This document shows positions 28,722 through 37,971 of a DNA stretch of 58,234 nucleotides, in pieces. The position numbers and the translations under genes are program-made. Under the pieces are notes generated by a model that searched no databases, was not told the DNA's origin, and was given only the letters and a program-made list of their open reading frames with translations. The stretch is from contig JAGLYF010000190.1 in assembly GCA_023132435.1 (NCBI GenBank), positions 1-58,234 of the forward strand, written 5' to 3'. Position 1 is the stretch's first letter, and every line of letters begins with the position of its first letter. The stretch comes from Calditrichia bacterium (GTDB taxonomy: Bacteria > Calditrichota > Calditrichia > JAJRVZ01).

Positions 28722-28759
28722 TTTGTAGAGACGTTGCATGCAACGTCTCTACAAATTTT
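28722..28759 (+). terminator. perfect 34-bp palindrome (TGTAGAGACG family) + T4; terminator-like, possibly also a regulator site
   Basis: The palindrome tttgtagagacgttgcatgcaacgtctctacaaa is followed by tttt and starts 2 nt after the aminopeptidase stop. It lies ~130-160 bp upstream of the sigma-54 promoter. Confidence 0.5.
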
Positions 28760-28883
28760 CCTACCTTACTTTCTCCAGTGTATAAACATTGCATAGATTA
28801 CCCGGTTCTGTTTTTGAAGAACTTCCACAAACCACACTCTATAAACCTTTGTAAATAAAATAGTTATATCTATTGAACTTGGA

Positions 28884-28900
28884 TTGGCACGTATCTTGCA
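28884..28900 (+). promoter_or_regulatory. sigma-54 (-24/-12) promoter
   Basis: TTGGCAC-gtatc-TTGCA exactly matches TGGCAC-N5-TTGCA, with GG at 28886-28887 and GC at 28898-28899. It lies 134 nt upstream of the ATG at 29034. Confidence 0.65.
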
Positions 28901-29033
28901 AGTAACAGTGCGAAACCAATTGGTATGACAATTGCATGACTTCGGATCTGTTTAAAATGAAATCAATCCGATCAGGAAATGTAATTGTTTTAAAAAAATG
29001 AATGATTAACTGAATATTATTGAGGAGAAAAAA

Positions 29034-30266
29034 ATGTTTGAGGGTACAAGTGGTTTAGTAAATATGATTTTATCCATCGTATTATTTCCCATGCATTTTC
29101 AGGGAGCTTTTATTGAGTTCGCCTGGGGCATGAATGATCCTTTCTGGATAATGATCGGAAAAAGAATATTAATCTTGTTGCCGGTCCTTGCTGTTATTAC
29201 AGGATGTTGGCTCAGTATCGCATCTTCATTGACCGTGTTATTCAGACAAAACCGCCGTCAGTTTATCACCACATTGATCATTACCTGGTGGGATCTTGGA
29301 AAATCTATTGTCTCCTTCTGGGGAGGGATCATCAACTTTCTTTTTCGCTTTCTTGTTTCTATGACCGGAATGCTCAGGATATTAATACTTGGCTTGTGGT
29401 CATTGGTTCAGGAAATATTGTTTCTGCCCTTCAGATTGATCAGACAGATCTCACAGTCAATCGGTCGCTCATCCATTCCATGGATTGCCGTCATCATGAC
29501 AATATTCTGGTGTCTGATTGAAGCGGCAATATTTACATTTGTTACGACACCTCTGGTTATCGATACTTTTTCAAATATCACCGGGGAACAATTCTCAGAA
29601 AATTTTATACGAATACCATTGTTCATCTTCCTGTTTTTTATCGTGCTTGGAAGCTATGCTGTCCTTTCTACATTTGTTGATGCAACTAAAAAGAAAGAAT
29701 TCTCAGCAATCCTCGGAATTGGGGTTATTGAAGTAATTGTACTATTAGTTGAAGTTGTCTTTTTATACCGCGAATTCGTCGATGCTTTAGTACCATGGTT
29801 TGCACAGTACTCTGAGAATTTTGAACTGGGAATGTTCTGGACACTGGCCATTTCATGTTTTGCCTGGTTTGGAATCCGTAGTCTTTCCTGGTTCCTGTTT
29901 GCTGCCCATGGAACACCAACATTAATGAAAATTATTCAGGGCGCAGATTTAAGATCTGCGCAGATGGAACAAAGACCAGTAAAAGAACAGGTTTCTTTTT
30001 CAAATGGCTATCTGGATTCTTTGAAGGAGAACGCCGAGTGGATACAGGCCAAGGGAGAAGATCTTCTACAATCATTTATGTTGCCACCACTACAAGTTGT
30101 TGCGGCTACTGTAAACTTTTGTATACTTCTGATCAGTGGACATCATCTATTTGAATTACCTTTGAAAAACTTTAGCGACGTTGCCGATTCAAAGCAGCTT
30201 TTTGAACAAATGATTCGTGGCAATAAATCTATTAATAAAATGTATGGTGTAAAGGAGAATGTTTAA
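29034..30266 (+). CDS. hypothetical polytopic membrane protein (410 aa)
   Basis: At least 7 hydrophobic segments and a soluble C-terminal ~110 aa. No family recognised. Confidence 0.55.
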   Translation: MFEGTSGLVNMILSIVLFPMHFQGAFIEFAWGMNDPFWIMIGKRILILLPVLAVITGCWLSIASSLTVLFRQNRRQFITTLIITWWDLGKSIVSFWGGIINFLFRFLVSMTGMLRILILGLWSLVQEILFLPFRLIRQISQSIGRSSIPWIAVIMTIFWCLIEAAIFTFVTTPLVIDTFSNITGEQFSENFIRIPLFIFLFFIVLGSYAVLSTFVDATKKKEFSAILGIGVIEVIVLLVEVVFLYREFVDALVPWFAQYSENFELGMFWTLAISCFAWFGIRSLSWFLFAAHGTPTLMKIIQGADLRSAQMEQRPVKEQVSFSNGYLDSLKENAEWIQAKGEDLLQSFMLPPLQVVAATVNFCILLISGHHLFELPLKNFSDVADSKQLFEQMIRGNKSINKMYGVKENV

Positions 30267-31034
30267 ATGAAAAATTTTCTGAAATATACAACGTATTTGA
30301 TTGTTGTCCTGATTCTTTTTTCAGGATGCAATTTGAGCTCAGAAAACTCCAAACCGCGACTTTCTCTTTTTATTGGGGTTGATATCAGCGGGTCCTATAA
30401 AAGTACTAAATATTTTGACGATTCGCTAGATTTCCTCGCTTATTATATTTACTGCCATCTGAACGGGCTGGGCGGGCTTGAAGTTCCTAATGTTCTATAT
30501 GTCAGTTCGATCGGTGGAGCGAGAGCAAATGAACCGAAAACATTTTACCCGATACAAAGTTTTGCAAACAAAACAATTCCTGAGATTCGGGCGCAGTTAA
30601 AAGAGATTTTCCCTTCCAGGGTTTCAAATCCCTTTACGGATTATAATGCTTTTTTTAAACAGGTTGCGCAGACGGTTAAAAACAAAAATCTGGTATTAAG
30701 GCCCATCTCCGTTGTTATGCTAAGCGATGGCATCCCGGATGTTAAAGTAGAAGGTGGTACTGATTATCGTAGTATACGTGTTGAACCGTTAGAGAGACTG
30801 GCCAGGAATGTGACAATTCGTTTGTTATATACGACTGCTGATGTTGGGATGAAATGGCAAACAAAAGTAAAAAGACGCCGTGTAAAGATCTGGACCCAGG
30901 ATGCAGAAGTATTGCGATCATGGAAGGATCCGAAAATTCTACTCGCTGAGAAACAAATCGGAGAGCAAGATTATTTTTTCAGTTGGGTAAAAGATAATGT
31001 AGATTTTGGTGTCCGCTCCAGACGTGTTGACTAG
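30267..31034 (+). CDS. vWA-like lipoprotein
   Basis: Lipobox LFSGC. MIDAS-like motif GVDISGS and the later VVMLSDGIPD. The ATG directly abuts the stop of the upstream gene (TAAATG). Confidence 0.5.
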   Translation: MKNFLKYTTYLIVVLILFSGCNLSSENSKPRLSLFIGVDISGSYKSTKYFDDSLDFLAYYIYCHLNGLGGLEVPNVLYVSSIGGARANEPKTFYPIQSFANKTIPEIRAQLKEIFPSRVSNPFTDYNAFFKQVAQTVKNKNLVLRPISVVMLSDGIPDVKVEGGTDYRSIRVEPLERLARNVTIRLLYTTADVGMKWQTKVKRRRVKIWTQDAEVLRSWKDPKILLAEKQIGEQDYFFSWVKDNVDFGVRSRRVD

Positions 31035-31070
31035 CCTGGATAATTCATTTCTCAACGACGTAGCGACTAT

Positions 31071-31143
31071 CCACGAATTACACGAATTAATGCGAATTAC
31101 ACGAATTGATCTAAGAATTTTTAAAAGAAATTCCTGGACCCAT
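31071..31143. repeat. CACGAATT-word element with a degenerate right arm
   Basis: The left arm ccacgaattacacgaattaatgcgaattacacgaattg is followed at the far end by aaattcctggaccca. It ends at the stop codon of the gene at 31144-31605. Confidence 0.75.
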
Positions 31144-31605
31144 TTACTTTTGAAATTTCTTTCTGAAATGTAGCAGGCAATAAACTGAAAATGAAATGAA
31201 CGAGATGATAAACAGATATATCCAGTAGGTATCAGAGTATATTCCTATTTGATAAGTTTCCCAGTAAGGAAATAGTAAATAAAGTTGTCCTCCATTCAGA
31301 TAAAATTGAAAAAGATCAAAAATAAGGTGGAGGGATTGGCCTGTTAACAGACTAATAAAAACACGACCTCTTAATGATACTGTAAAAAATGAGGTAATAA
31401 ATAAACTGACACATATAATCCCCAGAATCGAATGAAATGGATAAACTGCTGATTTAAAAACTGCCGGTAAAAGGAATTTAAAAATTTCACGCAGATAATC
31501 CGGTAATACGGTTCCGATTAGTACCAATGGAGCCAGAATCGGATATCTGTATAATCGGCTAAACAGGGCCGGTAGGGCAATATGTGTAAAAGTATCAGGC
31601 ATCAA
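31144..31605 (-). CDS. membrane protein, possibly YdjM/DUF457-like membrane-bound hydrolase
   Basis: 153 aa with 4 TM segments and an N-terminal MPDTFTH. The family assignment is weak. Confidence 0.35.
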   Translation of the reverse strand: MMPDTFTHIALPALFSRLYRYPILAPLVLIGTVLPDYLREIFKFLLPAVFKSAVYPFHSILGIICVSLFITSFFTVSLRGRVFISLLTGQSLHLIFDLFQFYLNGGQLYLLFPYWETYQIGIYSDTYWIYLFIISFISFSVYCLLHFRKKFQK

Positions 31606-32071
31606 ATTTGTCCTCGTTAATTACAGTCAGATATCGTCCTTTTTCCTGGATCCGGATATTTTTTATAATCAAATACAGCACAATTAAGATTGCAGAACTT
31701 GAGAGGAGATATTTATACAGGCGATAGGGATGATGCTGTATCTCTTTAATCCTGATTTTCCCTGAGGCGGTGATCATTCCGATAAATGAATATGTTTCTC
31801 CCTTCCGGATATTCATAGAAGGGTCGCTGGTTAGTTGGTATTTACGCTGAGAATCATGACCCATTATCTCATAACCATTGACTTCACCGATCTTTAGAAA
31901 TCCTAACCTGATTTCCTCCTGCAGATGTTCCAGGGGATTACTTAAAATTTTGGTTCTCTCATGATTTAATTTCGATCCCTCAAGTGCACAATATACCATT
32001 AATAAAATAAGAGTAAGGGATGAAAATCCGGCCAAAAGCCATCTTGGTAAACAGAATACGCGTTTAATCAT
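31595..32071 (-). CDS. hypothetical membrane-anchored protein
   Basis: 158 aa with N- and C-terminal hydrophobic segments. It overlaps the downstream gene by 11 nt. Confidence 0.4.
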   Translation of the reverse strand: MIKRVFCLPRWLLAGFSSLTLILLMVYCALEGSKLNHERTKILSNPLEHLQEEIRLGFLKIGEVNGYEIMGHDSQRKYQLTSDPSMNIRKGETYSFIGMITASGKIRIKEIQHHPYRLYKYLLSSSAILIVLYLIIKNIRIQEKGRYLTVINEDKFDA

Positions 32072-32079
32072 TTTTCTCG

Positions 32080-33576
32080 TTAATCCTGTTCGATAATAAT
32101 GCGGTTTTGCAGCTTTGTGTTTATAGTTTTCAATTCACGGCAATACTGGATAAGTATTTCCACATCCTCTGCCCCTTCCTGCGGGGGAACAAGAATTTCT
32201 GCTTCTGAGAGCATTGTAAAATCATTTCCACCTCTGAGAATGTAGTCCGGGAGAGCTATCGTGTATTTTTTATCATCTTCCAGGTTGTCATCTCCCACTT
32301 TTACGGAGATAATTCTTTCACCGGGTGGTTTTTTCGGATTGTACCGATAGGCGCCACCAGAAATCTGGAGAAAAGCGCCATCTCGTGATTCTACATCCGC
32401 CACACCATGCTCAAGCATTTGTCTTAGTAATTGCCCTGATATACGTATCAGACATACTCTGTTGTGAAACGGAAGAACAGATAATGTATTTTTGAGCGTT
32501 AATTTTCCTGCAGGTATATTGGCCCGGATTCCTCCCCCGTTTATAATCCCGAATCCTGCTTTATAATATAATCGATAAGCATCAGTTATCAGATTACCTA
32601 AATTCGTCTCTCCCCACCGACATTTAAAATCGGTATTGATACCGCCATCGAGGAGTGTTTTAACATGGGCAATAGGCCTGGCAAGTTTTGCTTCGAGAGA
32701 ATCCTGATATTTTTTCTGTAACCGGAGCATTTCAGATTCTTCCGCTACTGAATTATCTACCGGATGGACGGTAGAAAAAATCGATAGTTCAGATCCTTTT
32801 TTGGTAATATCAATTTGAATTACTGAACCCATATTTCCACAGGGCGAAATAATCGGCCGTCCGGCGACATAACATATATTACTTCGTTCCTCAAACTGTT
32901 CCTCAGATAAGATAATATCTATTCTCTCTTCGTTTATAAGCAGCTGTTCATTATTTTCCTGAGTTGTTTGGGTGACAGCCACGACCACATCCACATCCGT
33001 AATTTCATTCTTCATAAGGTCTATTGCTTTTTTCACTGATGGGATAAGAGGAAGTTGTACAATTTCTCCGGTAGGTTTGGTCGTATTCATCGCATCAGTC
33101 AGGCCAATAAAACCGATCTTAATTCTATTGGATTCCCGAACAGTATAGGTTGGCACATTTGCAAATGGATTGGAATCCTTATCAATAATATTGGATGAAA
33201 TCCAGGTAAATCTGGATGCACTAATCAACTTTTTTGTCTCGGCAGGTCCAAAATCAAAATCATGCTGACCAAAATTTGCGATATCGACGGGCAAGAGGTT
33301 AAAGGCTTCAACCATCGGAAATCCCTTATAAACAGCCCCAAATAGCGTCCCGCCTGCCAAATCTCCCCCAAAGACAACGATAGTTTGGGCATTTTGCATG
33401 CGGACTTTATCTACGATTGTCTTTATTCGGGCTACGCCACCCCTGCTGCCCAGGTGATCCTGAACCGGTGAGATCTCATGGGCATCATTAAAGTACAAAA
33501 TTGTGGCTCTATCCAAATTCGAGATGTTTTGCCCCTGAGAATTGAATAGCCAGAATATCAGTATCCAGTGAATCAT
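32080..33576 (-). CDS. 5'-nucleotidase / UDP-sugar hydrolase family metallophosphoesterase
   Basis: Signal peptide. Calcineurin-like motifs ILYFNDAHE, GGDLAGG and NFGQHDFDFG, plus a 5'-nucleotidase C-terminal domain. Confidence 0.8.
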   Translation of the reverse strand: MIHWILIFWLFNSQGQNISNLDRATILYFNDAHEISPVQDHLGSRGGVARIKTIVDKVRMQNAQTIVVFGGDLAGGTLFGAVYKGFPMVEAFNLLPVDIANFGQHDFDFGPAETKKLISASRFTWISSNIIDKDSNPFANVPTYTVRESNRIKIGFIGLTDAMNTTKPTGEIVQLPLIPSVKKAIDLMKNEITDVDVVVAVTQTTQENNEQLLINEERIDIILSEEQFEERSNICYVAGRPIISPCGNMGSVIQIDITKKGSELSIFSTVHPVDNSVAEESEMLRLQKKYQDSLEAKLARPIAHVKTLLDGGINTDFKCRWGETNLGNLITDAYRLYYKAGFGIINGGGIRANIPAGKLTLKNTLSVLPFHNRVCLIRISGQLLRQMLEHGVADVESRDGAFLQISGGAYRYNPKKPPGERIISVKVGDDNLEDDKKYTIALPDYILRGGNDFTMLSEAEILVPPQEGAEDVEILIQYCRELKTINTKLQNRIIIEQD

Positions 33577-33604
33577 TTCTTACCTTCTTATAATAAATTT
33601 TATA

Positions 33605-33743
33605 CCACGAAGGACACGAAGGTCACGAAGATAATTTATAATTTAGAGTAATATTATGATCGGTGATTTTGTAGTCGCGTCGCTACTTCTCTACATTGCC
33701 TAATATTGTTAAATTCTATAAAAAGATCTTCGTGCTCTTCGTG
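33605..33743. repeat. CCAC-word fold-back element, CACGAAGG variant
   Basis: Left arm is ccacgaaggacacgaaggtcacgaagat. Right arm is atcttcgtgctcttcgtg. The word variant is complementary between arms. Confidence 0.85.
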
Positions 33744-33856
33744 TTTAAATTAGATTCTTCCTGAATCACCGGTGTTGTGAATTTAATTAAAAATAATGAC
33801 CGGGATGTTTGTATACAATAAAATAAGTAAAAAGTGGAGTAAATTCTAGCTTTTGT

Positions 33857-33885
33857 TTGCGCTAATCAATAGAGAAACATATATT
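33857..33885 (+). promoter_or_regulatory. putative sigma-70-type promoter (TTGCGC-17 nt-TATATT) for the ABC ATPase gene
   Basis: TTGCGC at 33857-33862, a 17-nt spacer and TATATT at 33880-33885, 62 nt upstream of the ATG at 33947. Confidence 0.4.
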
Positions 33886-33946
33886 TATTAATATTGCATC
33901 ATTTCAAGATGGTCTTATTTACGATATCAATCCAGGAGGTTAATAA

Positions 33947-35050
33947 ATGGCAGAAGTCCGGTTAGAAAATGTCTCAAAAATTTTTAATGAGAGGATCAAA
34001 GCGGTAGATGAGGTCAGTCTTACAATTCATGATAAAGAATTTATGGTTTTAGTTGGGCCTTCCGGATGTGGAAAATCTACAACCCTCAGAATGGTTGCTG
34101 GATTAGAGGAAATATCTGCTGGAAAAATTTTTATTGATGATGATCTGGTGAACGACATACCACCTAAAGACCGGGACATCGCCATGGTATTTCAAAACTA
34201 TGCCCTTTATCCCCATATGACGGTCTTCGAGAATATGGCTTTTGGATTGAAACTGAGGAAATTTCGTAAAGAAGAAATTAAAAGCCGGGTGGAAGAAACC
34301 GGTGATATTCTTGGTCTTCAGGATCTATTAGATCGTCGGCCAAAAGAACTTTCCGGCGGTCAGAGACAAAGAGTTGCGGTGGGTCGAGCTATTGTGAGAA
34401 AACCAAAAGTGTTTTTGTTTGATGAACCTCTTTCAAATCTCGATGCAAAATTACGGGTACAGATGCGCGTTGAGATTAGCAAACTCCATCAAAAACTTGA
34501 AGCAACAATGATCTATGTTACCCATGACCAGGTTGAAGCGATGACCATGGGTGACCGTATCACGGTTATGAAAGACGGTATCATACACCAGGTTGAATCG
34601 CCGGCAAATTTATACGCAAAGCCGGTTAATAAATTTGTTGCAGGATTTATCGGAAGCCCGGCGATGAATTTTTTTAGCGGAGAATTGGTTGAGAATGGAA
34701 CGATATTGTTTAAGAATAAATCTTTCGAAATTCAAATTCCCGGACACTTATCAAAAAACCTGATTAAGGAAAAAGGTAAAAAAATTGTACTGGGCGTGAG
34801 ACCGGAAGATTTTTCGATGCAGTCATCTGAGAAAGAAGAATACAATTCAATTGAAGCGCTGGTTGAAGTAATCGAGCCGATGGGTAGCGAGAATTATTTA
34901 TATTTACGGACAGATGATCAAAATTTTATTATCAGAACCGTTCCATCCATCAATGTAAAAATCAACGATCAAATAAAATTATATATTAATCTTGAAAACA
35001 TTCATCTGTTTGATGAAAAATCATCGGCATCATTAATTTCTCTTCTGTGA
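33947..35050 (+). CDS. MalK/UgpC-type sugar ABC transporter ATP-binding protein
   Basis: Walker A GPSGCGKST, signature LSGGQRQR, Walker B FLFDEPLSNLDA and a C-terminal TOBE-like regulatory domain. Strong SD (AGGAGG). Confidence 0.9.
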   Translation: MAEVRLENVSKIFNERIKAVDEVSLTIHDKEFMVLVGPSGCGKSTTLRMVAGLEEISAGKIFIDDDLVNDIPPKDRDIAMVFQNYALYPHMTVFENMAFGLKLRKFRKEEIKSRVEETGDILGLQDLLDRRPKELSGGQRQRVAVGRAIVRKPKVFLFDEPLSNLDAKLRVQMRVEISKLHQKLEATMIYVTHDQVEAMTMGDRITVMKDGIIHQVESPANLYAKPVNKFVAGFIGSPAMNFFSGELVENGTILFKNKSFEIQIPGHLSKNLIKEKGKKIVLGVRPEDFSMQSSEKEEYNSIEALVEVIEPMGSENYLYLRTDDQNFIIRTVPSINVKINDQIKLYINLENIHLFDEKSSASLISLL

Positions 35051-35067
35051 ATCATTAATCGCTTTTC

Positions 35068-37509
35068 TTATGGTTTGGTTACTTCACCTATAATATTTTT
35101 ATCCACTGAACGGAGATGAAGATCCTGTTGTGGAAAGGGGATTTCAATACCTGCTTTTTTAAATGCATTATTAATTGCCACATTTATATCGCTCTTTAAT
35201 TCCAGCCAGGTTGTCGAATCAGACGTCCAGAAACGTATATCAAAATTAAGCGAACTATCACCAAATTCCCTAAATAGAATCATCGGTTCAGGCGTATCCA
35301 AAATATCCGGGTTGCTTTTTATTGTATCCCTTAAAACTTTTAAAACTTTTTCGGGATCTGTTCCATAAGCAACCCCTACCAGAATTTGAATTCGTCGCCG
35401 ACGATCCGAGAGTGTCCAGTTGGTTACTTCATTTGAAATAAGATTTGCATTGGGGACAATGACTTCCGCGCCGTCAAATGTCCGAATCGTGCTGGAGCGT
35501 ATGCCAATCCGTGTAACGGTTCCAAAAAGTTCACCCTGAGCAACCGTATCACGCAACTGAATTGGCCGTTCGAATATCAGTATCAATCCCGAGATAAAAT
35601 TATTGACAACATTTTGTAAACCAAATCCGATACCAATCCCCAGGGCACCAAGCACAATCGCAAATTTACTGAGATCAAATCCGGCGACAGATAGAGCAAT
35701 CATAAATCCAAGACCGATGATCACATAATTGGTCAACATAGATACGGCGGCAGGAACACCTCTTGGTAATTTCATATGAACCAATACATCCTCTTCCAGA
35801 ATAAATCTGATAAAGCGAGAGATCAGTATGGAAGCATAGATGGCAAGAAAAAAGACCAAAATATCACCGATGGAAATATCGACACTTCCAATTTGTAGAC
35901 GTTCGGAAATAATTGTATCGAGCCAATCATAGATGAAGTCAAAGATTGTGAATAATTTCATCGTACTAATTATCCACAAGAGTGAGGCTACAAAATAGAT
36001 AAATTTTGTGATCTTTTCCCTTGTTTTTTTTGAGTGAACGCGAACAATACGGGAAACAAAAGCCAATTTTGTGCTGAGGATAAGATTGAGTAAACCAATC
36101 AGAACAAGACTTCCGGTCAGAAGAATAAATGACAGATAGATGCTTGCCAACGAAGCAGTGGTCAGTAAACTTGCTAAACTTACATTGCCGATCACATTGG
36201 CAATGATAGAAATCATCAAAAATATGGCAAATAGAGTGATTAGAAATGAGCCAAATTTTGCCAGGCGACTATTTGATTCGATAGAATGAAGCAATTTTTG
36301 TCTGATAATCCAAATAAGAAAAACGAGGGATAGTATTGTAATAAAAAGTAAAAAAATACGATTTATAAGGGCTTGTTCGGAAGATAAAACATAGATTAAA
36401 TTCAAAAAGTATATACCGGTAAACAGGGGAAGCATTTTATGGATTTTTACAACATACAGAACCGGTAATAAACGTAATACAGGTATCAGACTCATAATTT
36501 GGGCCAGCTTGGAGATAAGATTTGGTGCCCGCGGATACAATTCCGGTGTTAATAGAAGGGTTACCAGCAAAGCAACTGAATAGGGATGGTTTAATATTTC
36601 CCGTGATATTTCTGCTGCTTCTTTATCCATGATTAGTTTATTTCCAAATCGTCGAAGGGTTAAAAGAAAGGCTAAAATTATGATCAGGAGTGTAAAATGA
36701 ACTAAAATATTACTTTTAAAGTTATTATAAAAATCAGAAAGTGTTTCAGCATGTCTCTCAAAATTCCCGGAAAGATATTCTGAAAAATTCGGTTCTTCCT
36801 CTTCTGCCTCAAAAGCCTCCCAGAGTGATTTTGAATCGATGCTGAAGATTTGCATTTTCTTTTGAAGTAATAATTCATCGATTTGGGCAATAGTCACATT
36901 TATTACGTTTACGTCATCAGAAACAATGTTTTGTAAGGCTATAATTCCATCCAGCCGTTTTCGATACTTGGCCTGAACATCATTGATCGCCGTAAGCAGC
37001 TCTTTAATATGGACAAGCATTTGATTAGGTACTTTTTCTCCTTTAGCCGCAGTATAAGTGGCCTCCCAGATCCTTTTGGTTTCCAATAGACTGATCCGGT
37101 CTTTCTCAAGATTTTCTGAGCGCGTGACAAGATTATATTTCCATTCGTTTAATTTAGTGAGATGTGACATCCATTTTTTCTGTAAATCACCAAGTTTGCT
37201 CGCCGGGAGTTTGTCGAGTTTCTGCATATCCGGGTCTTTTTTAAAATCATTAATAGTTTTAATATACTCAGGGTATTTCTCCTCGATGTTAACAATTTTA
37301 TCTTCAGGGCTTAGTGAAGCACTCATTTTTTGCAAGGTGGCAGTAGTGGTTTCAGATTTTTTAATAATATCAGCAGTCGGAATGGGCTCAGGCTCTTTTT
37401 TTACTTCCTCTTCTTCCTGGGCATAGATCGCTGGTGTTAGAATCAATAAACAAAACATCAAAATAAACTGGAAATTAATTATATTTTTACGAATCAAATG
37501 GTTTTTCAT
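35068..37509 (-). CDS. MscK/KefA-like mechanosensitive channel (MscS family)
   Basis: 813 aa with a signal peptide, a long coiled periplasmic domain, ~10 TM segments and the MscS core (FERPIQLRDTV...GTVTRIGIRSSTIRTFDGAEVIVPNANL). Confidence 0.85.
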   Translation of the reverse strand: MKNHLIRKNIINFQFILMFCLLILTPAIYAQEEEEVKKEPEPIPTADIIKKSETTTATLQKMSASLSPEDKIVNIEEKYPEYIKTINDFKKDPDMQKLDKLPASKLGDLQKKWMSHLTKLNEWKYNLVTRSENLEKDRISLLETKRIWEATYTAAKGEKVPNQMLVHIKELLTAINDVQAKYRKRLDGIIALQNIVSDDVNVINVTIAQIDELLLQKKMQIFSIDSKSLWEAFEAEEEEPNFSEYLSGNFERHAETLSDFYNNFKSNILVHFTLLIIILAFLLTLRRFGNKLIMDKEAAEISREILNHPYSVALLVTLLLTPELYPRAPNLISKLAQIMSLIPVLRLLPVLYVVKIHKMLPLFTGIYFLNLIYVLSSEQALINRIFLLFITILSLVFLIWIIRQKLLHSIESNSRLAKFGSFLITLFAIFLMISIIANVIGNVSLASLLTTASLASIYLSFILLTGSLVLIGLLNLILSTKLAFVSRIVRVHSKKTREKITKFIYFVASLLWIISTMKLFTIFDFIYDWLDTIISERLQIGSVDISIGDILVFFLAIYASILISRFIRFILEEDVLVHMKLPRGVPAAVSMLTNYVIIGLGFMIALSVAGFDLSKFAIVLGALGIGIGFGLQNVVNNFISGLILIFERPIQLRDTVAQGELFGTVTRIGIRSSTIRTFDGAEVIVPNANLISNEVTNWTLSDRRRRIQILVGVAYGTDPEKVLKVLRDTIKSNPDILDTPEPMILFREFGDSSLNFDIRFWTSDSTTWLELKSDINVAINNAFKKAGIEIPFPQQDLHLRSVDKNIIGEVTKP

Positions 37510-37548
37510 TTTGGATTCCTTTTGATAAAAATGGTAATGTAAAAAAAA

Positions 37549-37727
37549 CCACAGATTACACAGATTGCACAGAAATATTGAAAAAACAATGGATTAGATA
37601 AAAAATCATGAAAATTTTTTTAATTTTAAATAGAATCTCAATTACTTCCACGTTTTTATTATAATTAATTATCTTCGGTGTTCTCGGTGGTTAATTTATA
37701 TTCTGTGAAAATCGGTGTAATCAGTGG
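37549..37727. repeat. CCAC-word fold-back element, CACAGATT variant
   Basis: Left arm is ccacagattacacagattgcacagaa. Right arm is ttctgtgaaaatcggtgtaatcagtgg. The arms are complementary except for single mismatches. Confidence 0.85.
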
Positions 37728-37858
37728 TTAAATAATTCTTTTGTTTGCCCCGAGCCCTCGGGGCGCTATGAATAGATCAAACTAATATATTATTTTTTTT
37801 ATTTAATCGCTAATAATATTATATTTGCCGGATAATAAAAGTATTTATCAGCCTTGAT

Positions 37859-37963
37859 AATTCGTGAACCAATTCGTGTTCATCCCGTGAGATATTATTG
37901 AGCATTGTCCAGATTAATTCAAATAACCTTGTTTATCTCACGGGATAAATTCGTGGACTAATT
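37859..37963. repeat. right-arm-type AATTCGTG words plus a cccgtgagat/atctcacggg hairpin, abutting the truncated gene
   Basis: aattcgtgaaccaattcgtgtt (37859-37880), the inverted repeat 37884-37893 / 37935-37944, then aaattcgtggactaatt (37947-37963). Confidence 0.8.
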
Positions 37964-37971
37964 ATTAAATT

